Notes: a model not told the origin generated them from the sequence alone. DNA of 64,000 bases from an uncultured virus (IMG/VR IMGVR_UViG_3300031857_000150) (IMGVR_UViG_3300031857_000150); one strand, 5' to 3'. Shown: positions 9,957-18,869, counted from the first letter of the stretch. Made by a program: numbers and translations.

Positions 9957-10109
9957 TCACTTGGTTTTCTGGTTCTGGATACGCGCTTCGTTCCGACCGT
10001 ATTTTTTCAGATCGGCAGTGGTAACGCCACCCTTTTTCATGCCTTTGTGCATACGCTTTTCGTGCGCTTTCACCTCGGCCTTGGCTACCTGTTTCATCTT
10101 GTCCATCAT
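9957..10109 (-). CDS. small basic protein (50 aa)
   Basis: Not in the ORF track. MMDKMKQVAKAEVKAHEKRMHKGMKKGGVTT...QKTK* with AGGAG RBS. Confidence 0.65.
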   Translation of the reverse strand: MMDKMKQVAKAEVKAHEKRMHKGMKKGGVTTADLKKYGRNEARIQNQKTK

Positions 10110-10115
10110 TCACTC

Positions 10116-10538
10116 CTAGTTGATAGTCACGTTTGCTACCGTTGTTTGCGCCACCAAGTTGTTCGGTGTCAGCCCCGCATCATTTGCCCTAGCCCCGCCA
10201 ATCGGTGCCCAACCCCACTGGAAGATCCGGCTACCACCGCCCGGAAACCCGTCCTGCAAGATGTTGGTGCCAGAGTTGTAGTCTGTCTGCAACCCAGTTA
10301 AACCAGACTGCCAGTAAGACAAATCTGGCCTTGGCTCCCGTACTGCCTGCGGGTCGTTCACAGGGTATAAACCAAGGCTCAACTGCGGCTGGTCAGGTTC
10401 CCAACAAGTCGGGCACACCTTAATCTTTACGTTCTTCGTCTTGATCGTTAGCGTCTTCAGCACCTTCAGCGGATACCTGAATGCACACCGATCACACTCC
10501 GAAATACTGTTCTTACCACTAGCGTACTTGCTAGGCAT
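10116..10538 (-). CDS. zinc-finger-containing virion-module protein
   Basis: CDRC...CPTC followed by DPQAVREPRPD. Confidence 0.6.
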   Translation of the reverse strand: MPSKYASGKNSISECDRCAFRYPLKVLKTLTIKTKNVKIKVCPTCWEPDQPQLSLGLYPVNDPQAVREPRPDLSYWQSGLTGLQTDYNSGTNILQDGFPGGGSRIFQWGWAPIGGARANDAGLTPNNLVAQTTVANVTIN

Positions 10539-10541
10539 ACA

Positions 10542-11282
10542 TCACCTGTACGTGATCATTCGAGGCACCAGACGATCCGGTGCCTTCTCCCGGTCTTCGC
10601 CTGCCGCCATTTCCCACGCCTCGTCGTACTGCGCCTTCAAGAACTGAATCCGCTCCATACCGCCGGGCAGCTTCATCGCCAACCGATATGCCAGCCCACA
10701 GATCAGACACTCCTGAAAACGGAATGGGATGTCCTCAACATTCACACCGTTGCCAGCATCAAACATTCTACGCAGCCGCCAGTACACGAAGTAGTAGTAC
10801 GGGGTCTGTGCCGTGCCCTGATCTGGCGACGGCCATACGTTGATCTGCGGATACTGCGGCGTTGCACCCGGCACGTCCGTTGTCTGCCCGCTGCGGCGGT
10901 TTATCCAGACTTGGATCGGCCTGCCTTGCGTGAGCTTGTTCGGGATCGTCGCGTAGGTGGAGACGGAGATTCGGTTGATGTTGATGTCTGACTGAGTCCC
11001 GATCTGCCCAGGATTGGTTCGAATAACATGTTCAAGTAAATCCACGGTATCAATAGGTAGATCATAGGTAATCTGCCCCTGCACGAGCGGGATAGTCCCC
11101 TGCTCAATAGTCCACAGGTTAATCCCACGGTTAGCCCACTCCGCGAGCAACAGGTTCAGACTGCGCCGTGCCGTGCGGAAGTCATAACCCGTACGCATTT
11201 CGAGGCCGCATCTTTCGAATGCTTCCTCGAAGATTTCGTTGACCGTCGGGTTGAACGCTGTCGTGGATGTGGTGTAGGCCAT
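10542..11282 (-). CDS. head-tail adaptor-like protein
   Basis: EEAFERCG...ARRSLNLL..EWANRG.NLW...DIPFRF pattern. Confidence 0.6.
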   Translation of the reverse strand: MAYTTSTTAFNPTVNEIFEEAFERCGLEMRTGYDFRTARRSLNLLLAEWANRGINLWTIEQGTIPLVQGQITYDLPIDTVDLLEHVIRTNPGQIGTQSDININRISVSTYATIPNKLTQGRPIQVWINRRSGQTTDVPGATPQYPQINVWPSPDQGTAQTPYYYFVYWRLRRMFDAGNGVNVEDIPFRFQECLICGLAYRLAMKLPGGMERIQFLKAQYDEAWEMAAGEDREKAPDRLVPRMITYR

Positions 11283-11521
11283 TACCTGAATCTCGACGTC
11301 TTCTGGGCTATGCCCTTCGGTTGTTTTACAAACTGCTTACCTGATGCCTTGCCTGCCCGCTTTGCCTTCGTCGTTGCCGCATACTCCGCAGGACTCAACG
11401 CCTTGATAGCCGCCTCCGGTAGATACCGTTCACCAGTCTTCGAAGAAGGCTTGCCGCTCTTGGTGCGCCACTTCTGCTCACCCCACGCTTTCAGGCTTTG
11501 CTGCGGAGCTTTAATTGCCAT
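11282..11521 (-). CDS. small basic protein
   Basis: QQSLKAWGEQKWRTKSGK...GERYLP; exact start uncertain. Confidence 0.55.
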   Translation of the reverse strand: MAIKAPQQSLKAWGEQKWRTKSGKPSSKTGERYLPEAAIKALSPAEYAATTKAKRAGKASGKQFVKQPKGIAQKTSRFR

Positions 11522-11969
11522 CGCCATAACTCCCAAACGCTTCCAAGTACTCTAGCGCGTTCCGCAAAACAGCAGGACTATCATTAAACATTCCTAACGC
11601 TCTGTTGCACTGTTTGCACAAAACACCACGAAATTCTCCAGTTACGTGATTGTGATCTATTGCGCTGTCAATTAACTCAATTTCTTTTTTGCAAATTGCA
11701 CAACATTCTTCTTGGCGCTCATATCGATCTACAAGTTCTTGCGGAGTTATACCTCTTCTTGCGCATCGTTTTGCTAGCGTCCAAGGATCTTTTTCCCTGT
11801 ACTGCTGAACCCGTTCTGCATTTTCTTCCGTCCATCTACGATGCTCTTTATACAGACAAGTGTTGCAACGACTTTTTAACAAGTGCGCCATAGACCCGCC
11901 GCGACTTCTGTACGTTGAAACAGGCTTCGTTTCTCCGCACATGGTACACGTCTTAGTCTCTATATCCAC
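11511..11969 (-). CDS. endonuclease VII-family homing endonuclease
   Basis: CxxC/CxxC N-terminus; CAIC...IDHNH.TG..RGVLC..CN.ALG. Confidence 0.85.
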   Translation of the reverse strand: MDIETKTCTMCGETKPVSTYRSRGGSMAHLLKSRCNTCLYKEHRRWTEENAERVQQYREKDPWTLAKRCARRGITPQELVDRYERQEECCAICKKEIELIDSAIDHNHVTGEFRGVLCKQCNRALGMFNDSPAVLRNALEYLEAFGSYGDGN

Positions 11970-12288
11970 CGCCGCGAGCCTTATATCGTTTTGCCAACAA
12001 TTGACTTTTTCTGGCTGACCACTGACCTGCGCCTGTGCCCTGCACCGCTGCGCTCTTGATCTGCTGGAACAAACGCTTGCGCATCTCTGGCTTCGTATAG
12101 TTCCCTGCTTGATTAACCTTCGAGCGTTTAGCCGCTTTACGCACAGCCTCTTCTACCGACGGCTTACCTAACCGCACAGAACCGCCCTTCTTATATTCCG
12201 TGAAGTCGGTGTCATCCCGGCGAGCTTTAACCTTCGCCGTGGGCATTTTGCTAGGAGCTATTGCCCCCATGCCGCGTGACGGTCTCAC
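11953..12288 (-). CDS. small basic protein
   Basis: GTG start overlapping the previous stop; NYTKP..R..LF...GQWSARK motif. Confidence 0.55.
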   Translation of the reverse strand: MRPSRGMGAIAPSKMPTAKVKARRDDTDFTEYKKGGSVRLGKPSVEEAVRKAAKRSKVNQAGNYTKPEMRKRLFQQIKSAAVQGTGAGQWSARKSQLLAKRYKARGGGYRD

Positions 12289-12602
12289 ACAAACTTCCCT
12301 TTGGTTTTGCCGCGCTGGGCGCAACCATCAGCTCGCTTGCTTGCCGATGACACAGAACCGCCTTTTGCCTTCTTCACCTTGCCGCCCTTTTTCATAGGCA
12401 CTCTTGGCATAGCAGGCATCGCAGTAGGCATCACAGGCGGTTGCATAGGCGGACGAACCATCGGAACGTCTGGCACGTTGCTTTCCATGGTCGATGGCAT
12501 ACGACTCCGAGCCGCTGCCAGATCCATCGCCCGCTCACGCCCACGCTCAAGATCAAGACCGGTGCGCGTCGCGCTTACATCATTCGGTGACATACCACGC
12601 AT
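12285..12602 (-). CDS. small basic protein with RADG-x-AQRGKT tail
   Basis: MKKGGKV, KAKGGSV and RADGCAQRGKTKG. Confidence 0.6.
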   Translation of the reverse strand: MRGMSPNDVSATRTGLDLERGRERAMDLAAARSRMPSTMESNVPDVPMVRPPMQPPVMPTAMPAMPRVPMKKGGKVKKAKGGSVSSASKRADGCAQRGKTKGKFV

Positions 12603-12614
12603 GGAGTTCTCCAG

Positions 12615-13208
12615 TTAGCACTTACCGCCGTAGGCTTTCTTCATCATGCCGCCTTTAGCCATCTTGACCTGCATAGCTTTGGTCTTACCTTTTGTAGCTA
12701 CGCCGTCAGCAGACTTGTGACCAGCAGCCAAGCCGCCGTTTGCCATCTTCTTGACCTTGCCGCCGTGCTTCATACCAGCTTCAGCCATCTCATGTTTGAT
12801 CATCGACTTTGGTGCGCCCTTCTTCTTCATGAACGCAACCTCTTCCTTGACCTTCTTCATCGATTCTTTCATCTCGCCTCCTTTGGCTTTCTTGGAAAGG
12901 CCAGCCTCGGATAAACCAATTGCGATGGCCTGCTTGGGATTCGTCACCTTCTGACCTGACGATGACTTTAACTTGCCTGACTTGAACTCTGACATGACTT
13001 TGCCAACCTTCGCCTGTCCACCTTTGGCAAAACGCGTTTGACCCATCTGATCATTTGGACCAGCCTGCGCTTGTGGCTGCATGTTGAAGGTCTGATTCAA
13101 ACCGCCGCTTTGGCCGCCAGCTTGCGGTTGATTACCGTAGAAAGGATAAGTTGGCTGCTGACTAGGGCCAATCGCGCCGCCGTCAGCAAACTTTCTGCGC
13201 TTTCTCAT
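12615..13208 (-). CDS. Lys/Met-rich basic protein with seven GG motifs
   Basis: KVMSEFK.GKL.SSSG.KV.NPKQAIAI.LSEA segment plus repeated xAxGG. Confidence 0.6.
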   Translation of the reverse strand: MRKRRKFADGGAIGPSQQPTYPFYGNQPQAGGQSGGLNQTFNMQPQAQAGPNDQMGQTRFAKGGQAKVGKVMSEFKSGKLKSSSGQKVTNPKQAIAIGLSEAGLSKKAKGGEMKESMKKVKEEVAFMKKKGAPKSMIKHEMAEAGMKHGGKVKKMANGGLAAGHKSADGVATKGKTKAMQVKMAKGGMMKKAYGGKC

Positions 13209-13462
13209 ACGATCTTTCCTCTGGTTTTGCCACGCTGGGCGCAGCCATCAGCACGAGATGAAGCAGTGCCGCCTTTGGCTTTTTTGACAGGAGTTGCCGC
13301 CTCTCCGGTCACGGATTTTGTGGCTTCAGAGTGAGCCTTTTCATTCAATGCATCCATTTTTTTATACAACGCATCGAGCTGTGGTACAGACTCACCTTTT
13401 GCACGACGAGCCTCAAGCTCACGAATGCGATCCTGCATGTTTGTCATGTCAGCCATTAACAA
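13205..13462 (-). CDS. small basic protein with RADG-x-AQRGKT tail
   Basis: KAKGG...RADGCAQRGKTRG. Confidence 0.6.
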   Translation of the reverse strand: MLMADMTNMQDRIRELEARRAKGESVPQLDALYKKMDALNEKAHSEATKSVTGEAATPVKKAKGGTASSRADGCAQRGKTRGKIV

Positions 13463-14061
13463 ATCCTTCCCTTGGTTTTGCCGCGCTGTGCAATACCATC
13501 TGCTCGAGAAGATGCGCTGGATACTTTGCCGCCCTTTTTGAAATTAAAGCCAGATGCGCCAGAACCAGTTGCGCGAGTAGCACTAGCCTCGGCAGCTTTA
13601 GCGTAGCCTCTTGCCATTCTCTTGGCCACATCGTTTTGCGCCTGAAGTTTTGATTTTTTCGGCTTTACCTTTATTTTTTCTTTTACCTCTTCCATTACAG
13701 GAGAGGTGTAGCCGCCGCCTTCGCCATCCATGCTGCGAATATTTGATCCGGGCGATGCTGCACGTAAACGCTCCGTCATACTCATGGTGGTTTCTGCTGG
13801 TGCTTCGCTGCGCTTTGCCGTGGTGCGGCCGCTGTAATCGCTGCTTTCTTTTGCAGACTCTGGCACAGGCGTTACGGCCTCTATATCCATCTTTGCTCTG
13901 CCAGCTCCAAATCGGCGATATGCTTCAGAACTAGGATCGTCGATATTGCCCATGCGCAGGCGCTCAAGAAAGCTAACTTTGTCGCCTTTAGAAGACTCCA
14001 AGCCGCGTGCTTTTAATTCAGCCTCGCCGCCTTCTTGATAACGTTTCACCTTCTTCTTCAT
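13456..14061 (-). CDS. basic protein with RADG-x-AQRGKT tail
   Basis: YQEGG, FKKGGKV and RADGIAQRGKTKG. Confidence 0.6.
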   Translation of the reverse strand: MKKKVKRYQEGGEAELKARGLESSKGDKVSFLERLRMGNIDDPSSEAYRRFGAGRAKMDIEAVTPVPESAKESSDYSGRTTAKRSEAPAETTMSMTERLRAASPGSNIRSMDGEGGGYTSPVMEEVKEKIKVKPKKSKLQAQNDVAKRMARGYAKAAEASATRATGSGASGFNFKKGGKVSSASSRADGIAQRGKTKGRIC

Positions 14062-14321
14062 AACACCCTCCGTTGCGACTCAATCAGTTGATCAATCTTG
14101 TTCTCAAGACGATTAAACCGCTGGTCAATATGATCGGTAATGCGATCCACTTCCGCCTTCGTGACGTTGTCTCGTGCTATTTCCTCACGCGTCTTGTTCA
14201 ACAAGATCGTGATACGCGCAAGCTCGGAGAACTTCTCATGGGCGATGTACGCAAACAAACCCACAAACAGCGACAGAGCGCCGTTCCAGACAAATGCAAG
14301 ATCCACGGTTAACACTTCCAT
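14058..14321 (-). CDS. membrane-anchored coiled-coil protein
   Basis: One TM segment followed by LLNKTREE...RLENKIDQL. Confidence 0.55.
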   Translation of the reverse strand: MEVLTVDLAFVWNGALSLFVGLFAYIAHEKFSELARITILLNKTREEIARDNVTKAEVDRITDHIDQRFNRLENKIDQLIESQRRVL

Positions 14322-14563
14322 CTCTTTAACGCAGCCGCCTTTCTAGTCGGTCTGCCTTTTTCATCTTTCATCGGACCCGGCATACCAGACATGCGAGCGC
14401 AGAATGACTTCTTGCGTGATCCGCCTTCTGGCTGCGGGGCTTTCAAATTGCTGCCCGTCTCACGGTTGTACTTGGCTCGTCCTTTAGCCGTCAAACCCGC
14501 ACCCTTCGACACAGGCAGCTTCTCGCCGCGCCCGATAGATAGGGATGGGGTCTTCTTAGCCAT
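14309..14563 (-). CDS. small basic protein
   Basis: GLTAKGR..YN..TGSNLK...RKKSFCARM...WKC. Confidence 0.6.
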   Translation of the reverse strand: MAKKTPSLSIGRGEKLPVSKGAGLTAKGRAKYNRETGSNLKAPQPEGGSRKKSFCARMSGMPGPMKDEKGRPTRKAAALKRWKC

Positions 14564-15050
14564 AGAATACCGTTGCCGTTACAGACGAACCGCATCCTAC
14601 AAACATACCGTTCGGGCAGTAGATACCTTGACCTGGAATCATAATAGGCAAGCCGACGGTATTGAAGGTATCAACCTCTAAAGCAATCTTGCTATACGCT
14701 GTAACGTTGCCGCTCGTCGTAGAAACTACGCCAGTATCGACACAGGTAAACGTATCATCGCCAGTTTTCGTAATCGTGTATGCACTATCCCGACCAGCGC
14801 CAGACGTAAAATCTAAAAACACTCGTTGTCCAGTAACAAAACCGTGGTTCGTTATGGTGACGGTGATTGTAGCGCTAGGGTTTGTACGAGAATACGTGCC
14901 AGATTTCTGAACCGTTGGGTCACATACGGAAACATTTCTTGGCGATACTGTTGCGCTTGTCACCGTGATGGATTTCAAGCGTACAGGGATCATGGTTACA
15001 AGCAGCCCCGTATCTTTTGCAATCGCAGATTTAACGTCCGTTTGCATCAT
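14556..15050 (-). CDS. virion protein (paralog A)
   Basis: MQTDV...IPG.GI...TVFYG with an internal NHG beta-domain. Confidence 0.55.
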   Translation of the reverse strand: MMQTDVKSAIAKDTGLLVTMIPVRLKSITVTSATVSPRNVSVCDPTVQKSGTYSRTNPSATITVTITNHGFVTGQRVFLDFTSGAGRDSAYTITKTGDDTFTCVDTGVVSTTSGNVTAYSKIALEVDTFNTVGLPIMIPGQGIYCPNGMFVGCGSSVTATVFYG

Positions 15051-15059
15051 AAGCTATTC

Positions 15060-15548
15060 CTATCCGTAGAAAATAGTCATAGTTACGTTGGCAGATGGCA
15101 GCAAACAGAATAACCCTTCTGAAGCAAGAATCCCCTCGCCGGGAATTAATGTGTAAAAAGCCGTTCCTGAAGAGGAATCCATTTCAGTAAGGACCTTCGG
15201 GTACATCGTCACATTACCACTGGTCGTTAGGTTGGCCGTGGTTATAGTGAGCGTGTTGGTTGTCGCATTCGACACAACATAAGCGTCATCTATTCCCGAA
15301 CCAGTAGTAAAGTTGAAGCCAACTCGTGCGCCATTCGACAAGCCATGATTAGCTATGGTGACGGTACATACTGTCGAGCTTGGAATATCGTATGTCCCCG
15401 TCAACGCCCCGGCAGTATCAACTACACATGAGTTGAAAGTTACGGACGTAACGGGAGATATAACCACACCCTTCAGACGTGAACGTGCGCCATACGCAAG
15501 CGATGAGCTTGTTGCGTGGTACGAAAAAACGTCTGTTTGCATACCCAT
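15060..15548 (-). CDS. virion protein (paralog B)
   Basis: MQTDV...IPGEGI...TIFYG with an internal NHG beta-domain. Confidence 0.55.
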   Translation of the reverse strand: MGMQTDVFSYHATSSSLAYGARSRLKGVVISPVTSVTFNSCVVDTAGALTGTYDIPSSTVCTVTIANHGLSNGARVGFNFTTGSGIDDAYVVSNATTNTLTITTANLTTSGNVTMYPKVLTEMDSSSGTAFYTLIPGEGILASEGLFCLLPSANVTMTIFYG

Positions 15549-15560
15549 GCGCGGCCTCTA

Positions 15561-16034
15561 TTAGTTGTTCTGCTGGCCGAACAGAGGGTCATTCACAAAG
15601 TACGTAATGTAGCCAGCAACATCACCAACAGCCGAGCTTGCGCTTTCGCTTGTAACAGTGAAGTTTTGGGTTGGGCTGCCTGCTGTTCCGATGCCAGCGC
15701 CTGCGCCGGTAGCGCCCGGAGTAACAGTCTTGGCAGAAGTAGCGGCCAACGCTGAAACGTAGAACGCAGCGTTCGAAGTTGCACCGTCGATAGTGGTGTA
15801 GCCGACATTCATCGTGCCAGAAGTCAGACCGTTCGTGATAATCACGGACGTGACAACAGCGTTAGCAGGAAGAATAACGGGAGTGGTTTGGCCTTGAGCA
15901 ACGACAACGTTGCCAGCAACAGCCGCGTTACCAACATAGAAAGTTGCTGCCATGACGCCGGTGCCGCAATAGGCTTGGCGAGTGTTATCACCGCCGCCCG
16001 AACGCCAAATGCTTTGGGTAGTAGATACAGCCAT
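15561..16034 (-). CDS. virion/decoration-like protein
   Basis: LPANAVV beta-rich protein downstream of the capsid gene. Confidence 0.5.
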   Translation of the reverse strand: MAVSTTQSIWRSGGGDNTRQAYCGTGVMAATFYVGNAAVAGNVVVAQGQTTPVILPANAVVTSVIITNGLTSGTMNVGYTTIDGATSNAAFYVSALAATSAKTVTPGATGAGAGIGTAGSPTQNFTVTSESASSAVGDVAGYITYFVNDPLFGQQNN

Positions 16035-16125
16035 CGAATTGTCCTCTCAAGCGAGTTCGGTATGGCAATCTGCTTGACGTCAGCCGGGACTGTTTGCCAC
16101 ACCGGGAAATTCCCGGATTAATAGG

Positions 16126-16154
16126 CTTATACAATGACCGGAGAGGAATTGCAA
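16126..16154 (-). promoter_or_regulatory. sigma70-like promoter
   Basis: TTGCAA-17 nt-TATAAG on the minus strand. Confidence 0.55.
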
Positions 16155-16162
16155 GAGGAAAG

Positions 16163-16732
16163 CTATGCGTCAACGAGCTTGTTCGACTTACGCAGATTTT
16201 CCTCTTGTGTGATCACCCGCAGGTTCCACGGAACGTGCAGGCCGCAAACTTCATCAGAGATCAGCGGCACGATATGGTCCACAACATACCGCTCGCCCGT
16301 CAGCCGAGTCAGATCCATAGCTTGTAGATACAGCTTGCGCATAGCCAGCTTTTGATCCTTGGTTAGCCATCGAGGACTAGCATTACGGTGACGGCGTTTG
16401 CGAACGCTGGTTAGAGCTTTATAAAGATCAGGGTTGGCTTCTTTATATTTCTTTTTGTATTGAGTTACCTCAGTTTTTGGTCGGGCATTCGCCCTCGCTT
16501 TAACCGCATCTTTGTTCTTCTCGTAGTACCGCTTGCCTGCCGCCTTAGAAGCATCCGACTTTGGTTTCTCGCTGCGCTTCTTGTTGTCAATCGTCCAATC
16601 TTCTTTCATGCACTCCACGCAGGATCCCTTGGTCTTGCGCAGGGCTATGTGCCCACGGATACAAGGTAAGCCCGTGTAGTAGTGCGTAGCACCAGTCGCT
16701 TTTGCTGTAGCACGGTCTTTTGGGTAGTCCAT
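16163..16732 (-). CDS. HNH homing endonuclease
   Basis: VDHIVPL...VCGLHVPWNLRVI...N..KSN. Confidence 0.85.
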   Translation of the reverse strand: MDYPKDRATAKATGATHYYTGLPCIRGHIALRKTKGSCVECMKEDWTIDNKKRSEKPKSDASKAAGKRYYEKNKDAVKARANARPKTEVTQYKKKYKEANPDLYKALTSVRKRRHRNASPRWLTKDQKLAMRKLYLQAMDLTRLTGERYVVDHIVPLISDEVCGLHVPWNLRVITQEENLRKSNKLVDA

Positions 16733-16778
16733 ATCATCCTCCTGTTATATGACACGAGCAATGATAAATGGATCGCAG

Positions 16779-16808
16779 AAATAAAACAAGGGGGCCGAAG
16801 CCCCCTTG
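16779..16808 (-). terminator. Rho-independent terminator after the major capsid gene
   Basis: CAAGGGGGC-TTCG-GCCCCCTTG followed by TTTTATTT. Confidence 0.85.
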
Positions 16809-16829
16809 AGATACCGCATAGATACTTGG

Positions 16830-17738
16830 TTATGCGCCTTGTGAGGCAAACATTCCGAGGGGGTCTGACCATCCAAAGCTGTAACGCTCACGGGCTTTGT
16901 AACGTACGTTCCCTGTATCGAAATCCCCGTCCATTGAGGGCTGCAACGGGATACGAACAAAGTGCTTCATGCCGTTAGGAACGTCAGTGGTCAGGAACCA
17001 TGCGTTCGTGTCGGTCAAGAAGTGGTTGATCGTATAGCCTTCCGGGATGGAACCGTTGTTAACGATCGCGTTCACGTCGTTGTCATTGGTGCCCGGACGC
17101 AGTTGGGTTTCCAACAGGCGGGTGGCTACGAACTGGAGTGCCGGTGGCACGATCAGTTTACGAGGACGAGCTGCGATCAGCAGACCACGTTCGTCAGTCC
17201 AAGCGGCGATCTGAATGACTGCGTTTTCCAACGCGGTTTCAGACAGGTCAACTTGGGTCGACGGCGTGTTGCTGTTGGTGCCGCCCGATACCAGCGGGTG
17301 CTGGGTGCTGAACAGAGCAACACCGTCGCCACCTGGGTAGGTGGACGAGAAGCCATTGTTCAGAACAGCCGCAGCTTTTACCTGCTTGGTGTAGGACATC
17401 GCACGAGCCAGCGCCTTGGTGTAGCGAGCCGACAGCGAATCGTAGAGGTTATCTTCGATTGCTTCTTCGGTCAGGCTGAAGCCAAGAGCGATTGTTTCGT
17501 GGTTGTATCGAGCAGTCCATGCTTCCTGACCATTGTCGTACCGGATCGCAGAACCTTCGTTCTTAACCGGTGCGGCGCTGAAGCCAGACAGCTTGGTTTC
17601 CTCTTCGAAGGAACGCTCGGAGGTCTCGGTTTCGTAGATCTCCTTGTGCTCTTCGCCGTAACGAGCGTACTCCATGCCGAACAAAGCGTTCAGGCCAGGC
17701 AGTAGCTCTTTCAGTAGTTGTGCGCGTGAAATAGCCAT
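16830..17738 (-). CDS. major capsid protein
   Basis: MAISRAQLLKELLPGLNALFG...GDGVALFST.HP...LIVPPAL...RYKARERYSFG; highly biased codons; followed by a strong terminator. Confidence 0.85.
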   Translation of the reverse strand: MAISRAQLLKELLPGLNALFGMEYARYGEEHKEIYETETSERSFEEETKLSGFSAAPVKNEGSAIRYDNGQEAWTARYNHETIALGFSLTEEAIEDNLYDSLSARYTKALARAMSYTKQVKAAAVLNNGFSSTYPGGDGVALFSTQHPLVSGGTNSNTPSTQVDLSETALENAVIQIAAWTDERGLLIAARPRKLIVPPALQFVATRLLETQLRPGTNDNDVNAIVNNGSIPEGYTINHFLTDTNAWFLTTDVPNGMKHFVRIPLQPSMDGDFDTGNVRYKARERYSFGWSDPLGMFASQGA

Positions 17739-17748
17739 GTCTTACTCC

Positions 17749-18405
17749 TTAAACACCAGTCGGGTTCAGATACGCGTGGCCGCCAGTCACAGTCGATGTG
17801 ACGAGGTTAGACGTATTCGTGAACGTGGAAACAATGTACGGTGCGTTGAATTTGCAGATGAACTCGCAGAAGCCGTTAGCGCTATTCGAGGTATCTGGCA
17901 CGATATCAACGATACGGATTGGCAACGATGCAGTCGTGGCGAACGATGCGCCGTTGATCGCAACTTGCGAGTCACCCGTAGTGTTCGAACCATTGTTCTG
18001 GATAAGCGCAGCGTTCAGGCCGATCTGCTCCGAGCTATAGAAAGCAACGGTAGTACCGGACGAAACAGCAGCCATCTTGAACAGAACATCAGGATCGTCA
18101 ACAACGTACGCCTGGATGTCAGGAGCGTTAGTACCACCAGCGTAGTACTGGTAGTTCAGCTTCTGGTTAGTCGATGGGTTGGTGTAGGTGCAACCTAGAA
18201 AGATGCCAACCGGGGTCGCGGTGGAAGTGCCCGTGTCCTTTTGAACCGTGCCGTCCGAAGCGATTTTCACGACATCGCCGTAGTAGATGCTAGTAGCGTA
18301 GCCGCTAGCAATACGGAATAGGCGAGTCGAACCGGCGTACACCTGTCCGCCGATCAAATTGATCGGCTGAAGCCCATAAGGCTTCGATACAGTAGGATAT
18401 GCCAT
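17749..18405 (-). CDS. capsid-associated (cement/decoration) protein
   Basis: PYGLQP...IYYGD.V...AYVVDDP; located immediately upstream of the capsid gene. Confidence 0.55.
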   Translation of the reverse strand: MAYPTVSKPYGLQPINLIGGQVYAGSTRLFRIASGYATSIYYGDVVKIASDGTVQKDTGTSTATPVGIFLGCTYTNPSTNQKLNYQYYAGGTNAPDIQAYVVDDPDVLFKMAAVSSGTTVAFYSSEQIGLNAALIQNNGSNTTGDSQVAINGASFATTASLPIRIVDIVPDTSNSANGFCEFICKFNAPYIVSTFTNTSNLVTSTVTGGHAYLNPTGV

Positions 18406-18422
18406 TGATAACTCCAATAAGT

Positions 18423-18869
18423 TTAACCGCCGCCCTTAGTCGTCGAGGAACTCGATTCCTTAAATAGCGGCATACGTGGGTCATTTTGACGCATAAGATT
18501 GTTGTCCACCGCCTTGATTTGCTGTTCCGATTGCGCAAGGTAATGTTGGTTACGTTGCTCGGCTAGCTCCACTGGCGTCTTGCACAACATCACGTCGCCG
18601 ACTTGGACACAGTCTTTCCACCGTCCCTCGCCATTGACTAGCAGTGAATATTGCGGCTGCTCTTCGACCTTGACTGGCTCCCAACCTTCTCTGATTTTGG
18701 TAGAGATGTTGCGAGCGTCGGACTGGCCTCCAAGCGTTACGCGAATCCAACGGTATTTGTAACCCGGCTGCTTATCTGGTTCTGGCAGAAGCTCCGGCGG
18801 TGCCCACTGCTGGGGGCGCTGCGTTTGGTTACGGCTTTCTGTACTACGTGGCATACGGTTCTCGGCCAT
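18423..18869 (-). CDS. head-module hypothetical protein
   Basis: W.PP..LP.P...GY.YRWIR...REGWEPV. Confidence 0.55.
   Translation of the reverse strand: MAENRMPRSTESRNQTQRPQQWAPPELLPEPDKQPGYKYRWIRVTLGGQSDARNISTKIREGWEPVKVEEQPQYSLLVNGEGRWKDCVQVGDVMLCKTPVELAEQRNQHYLAQSEQQIKAVDNNLMRQNDPRMPLFKESSSSTTKGGG

Noticed and set aside
9931..10113. 60-aa ORF from the track
   Set aside because: The overlapping frame 9957-10109 has better RBS spacing, carries the MKKGG motif and does not overlap the next gene.
16962..17705. 247-aa plus-strand ORF antisense to the capsid gene (similarly 21151-22020 and 44069-44944)
   Set aside because: Shadow ORFs produced by codon bias of the real gene; no RBS and no recognisable motifs.
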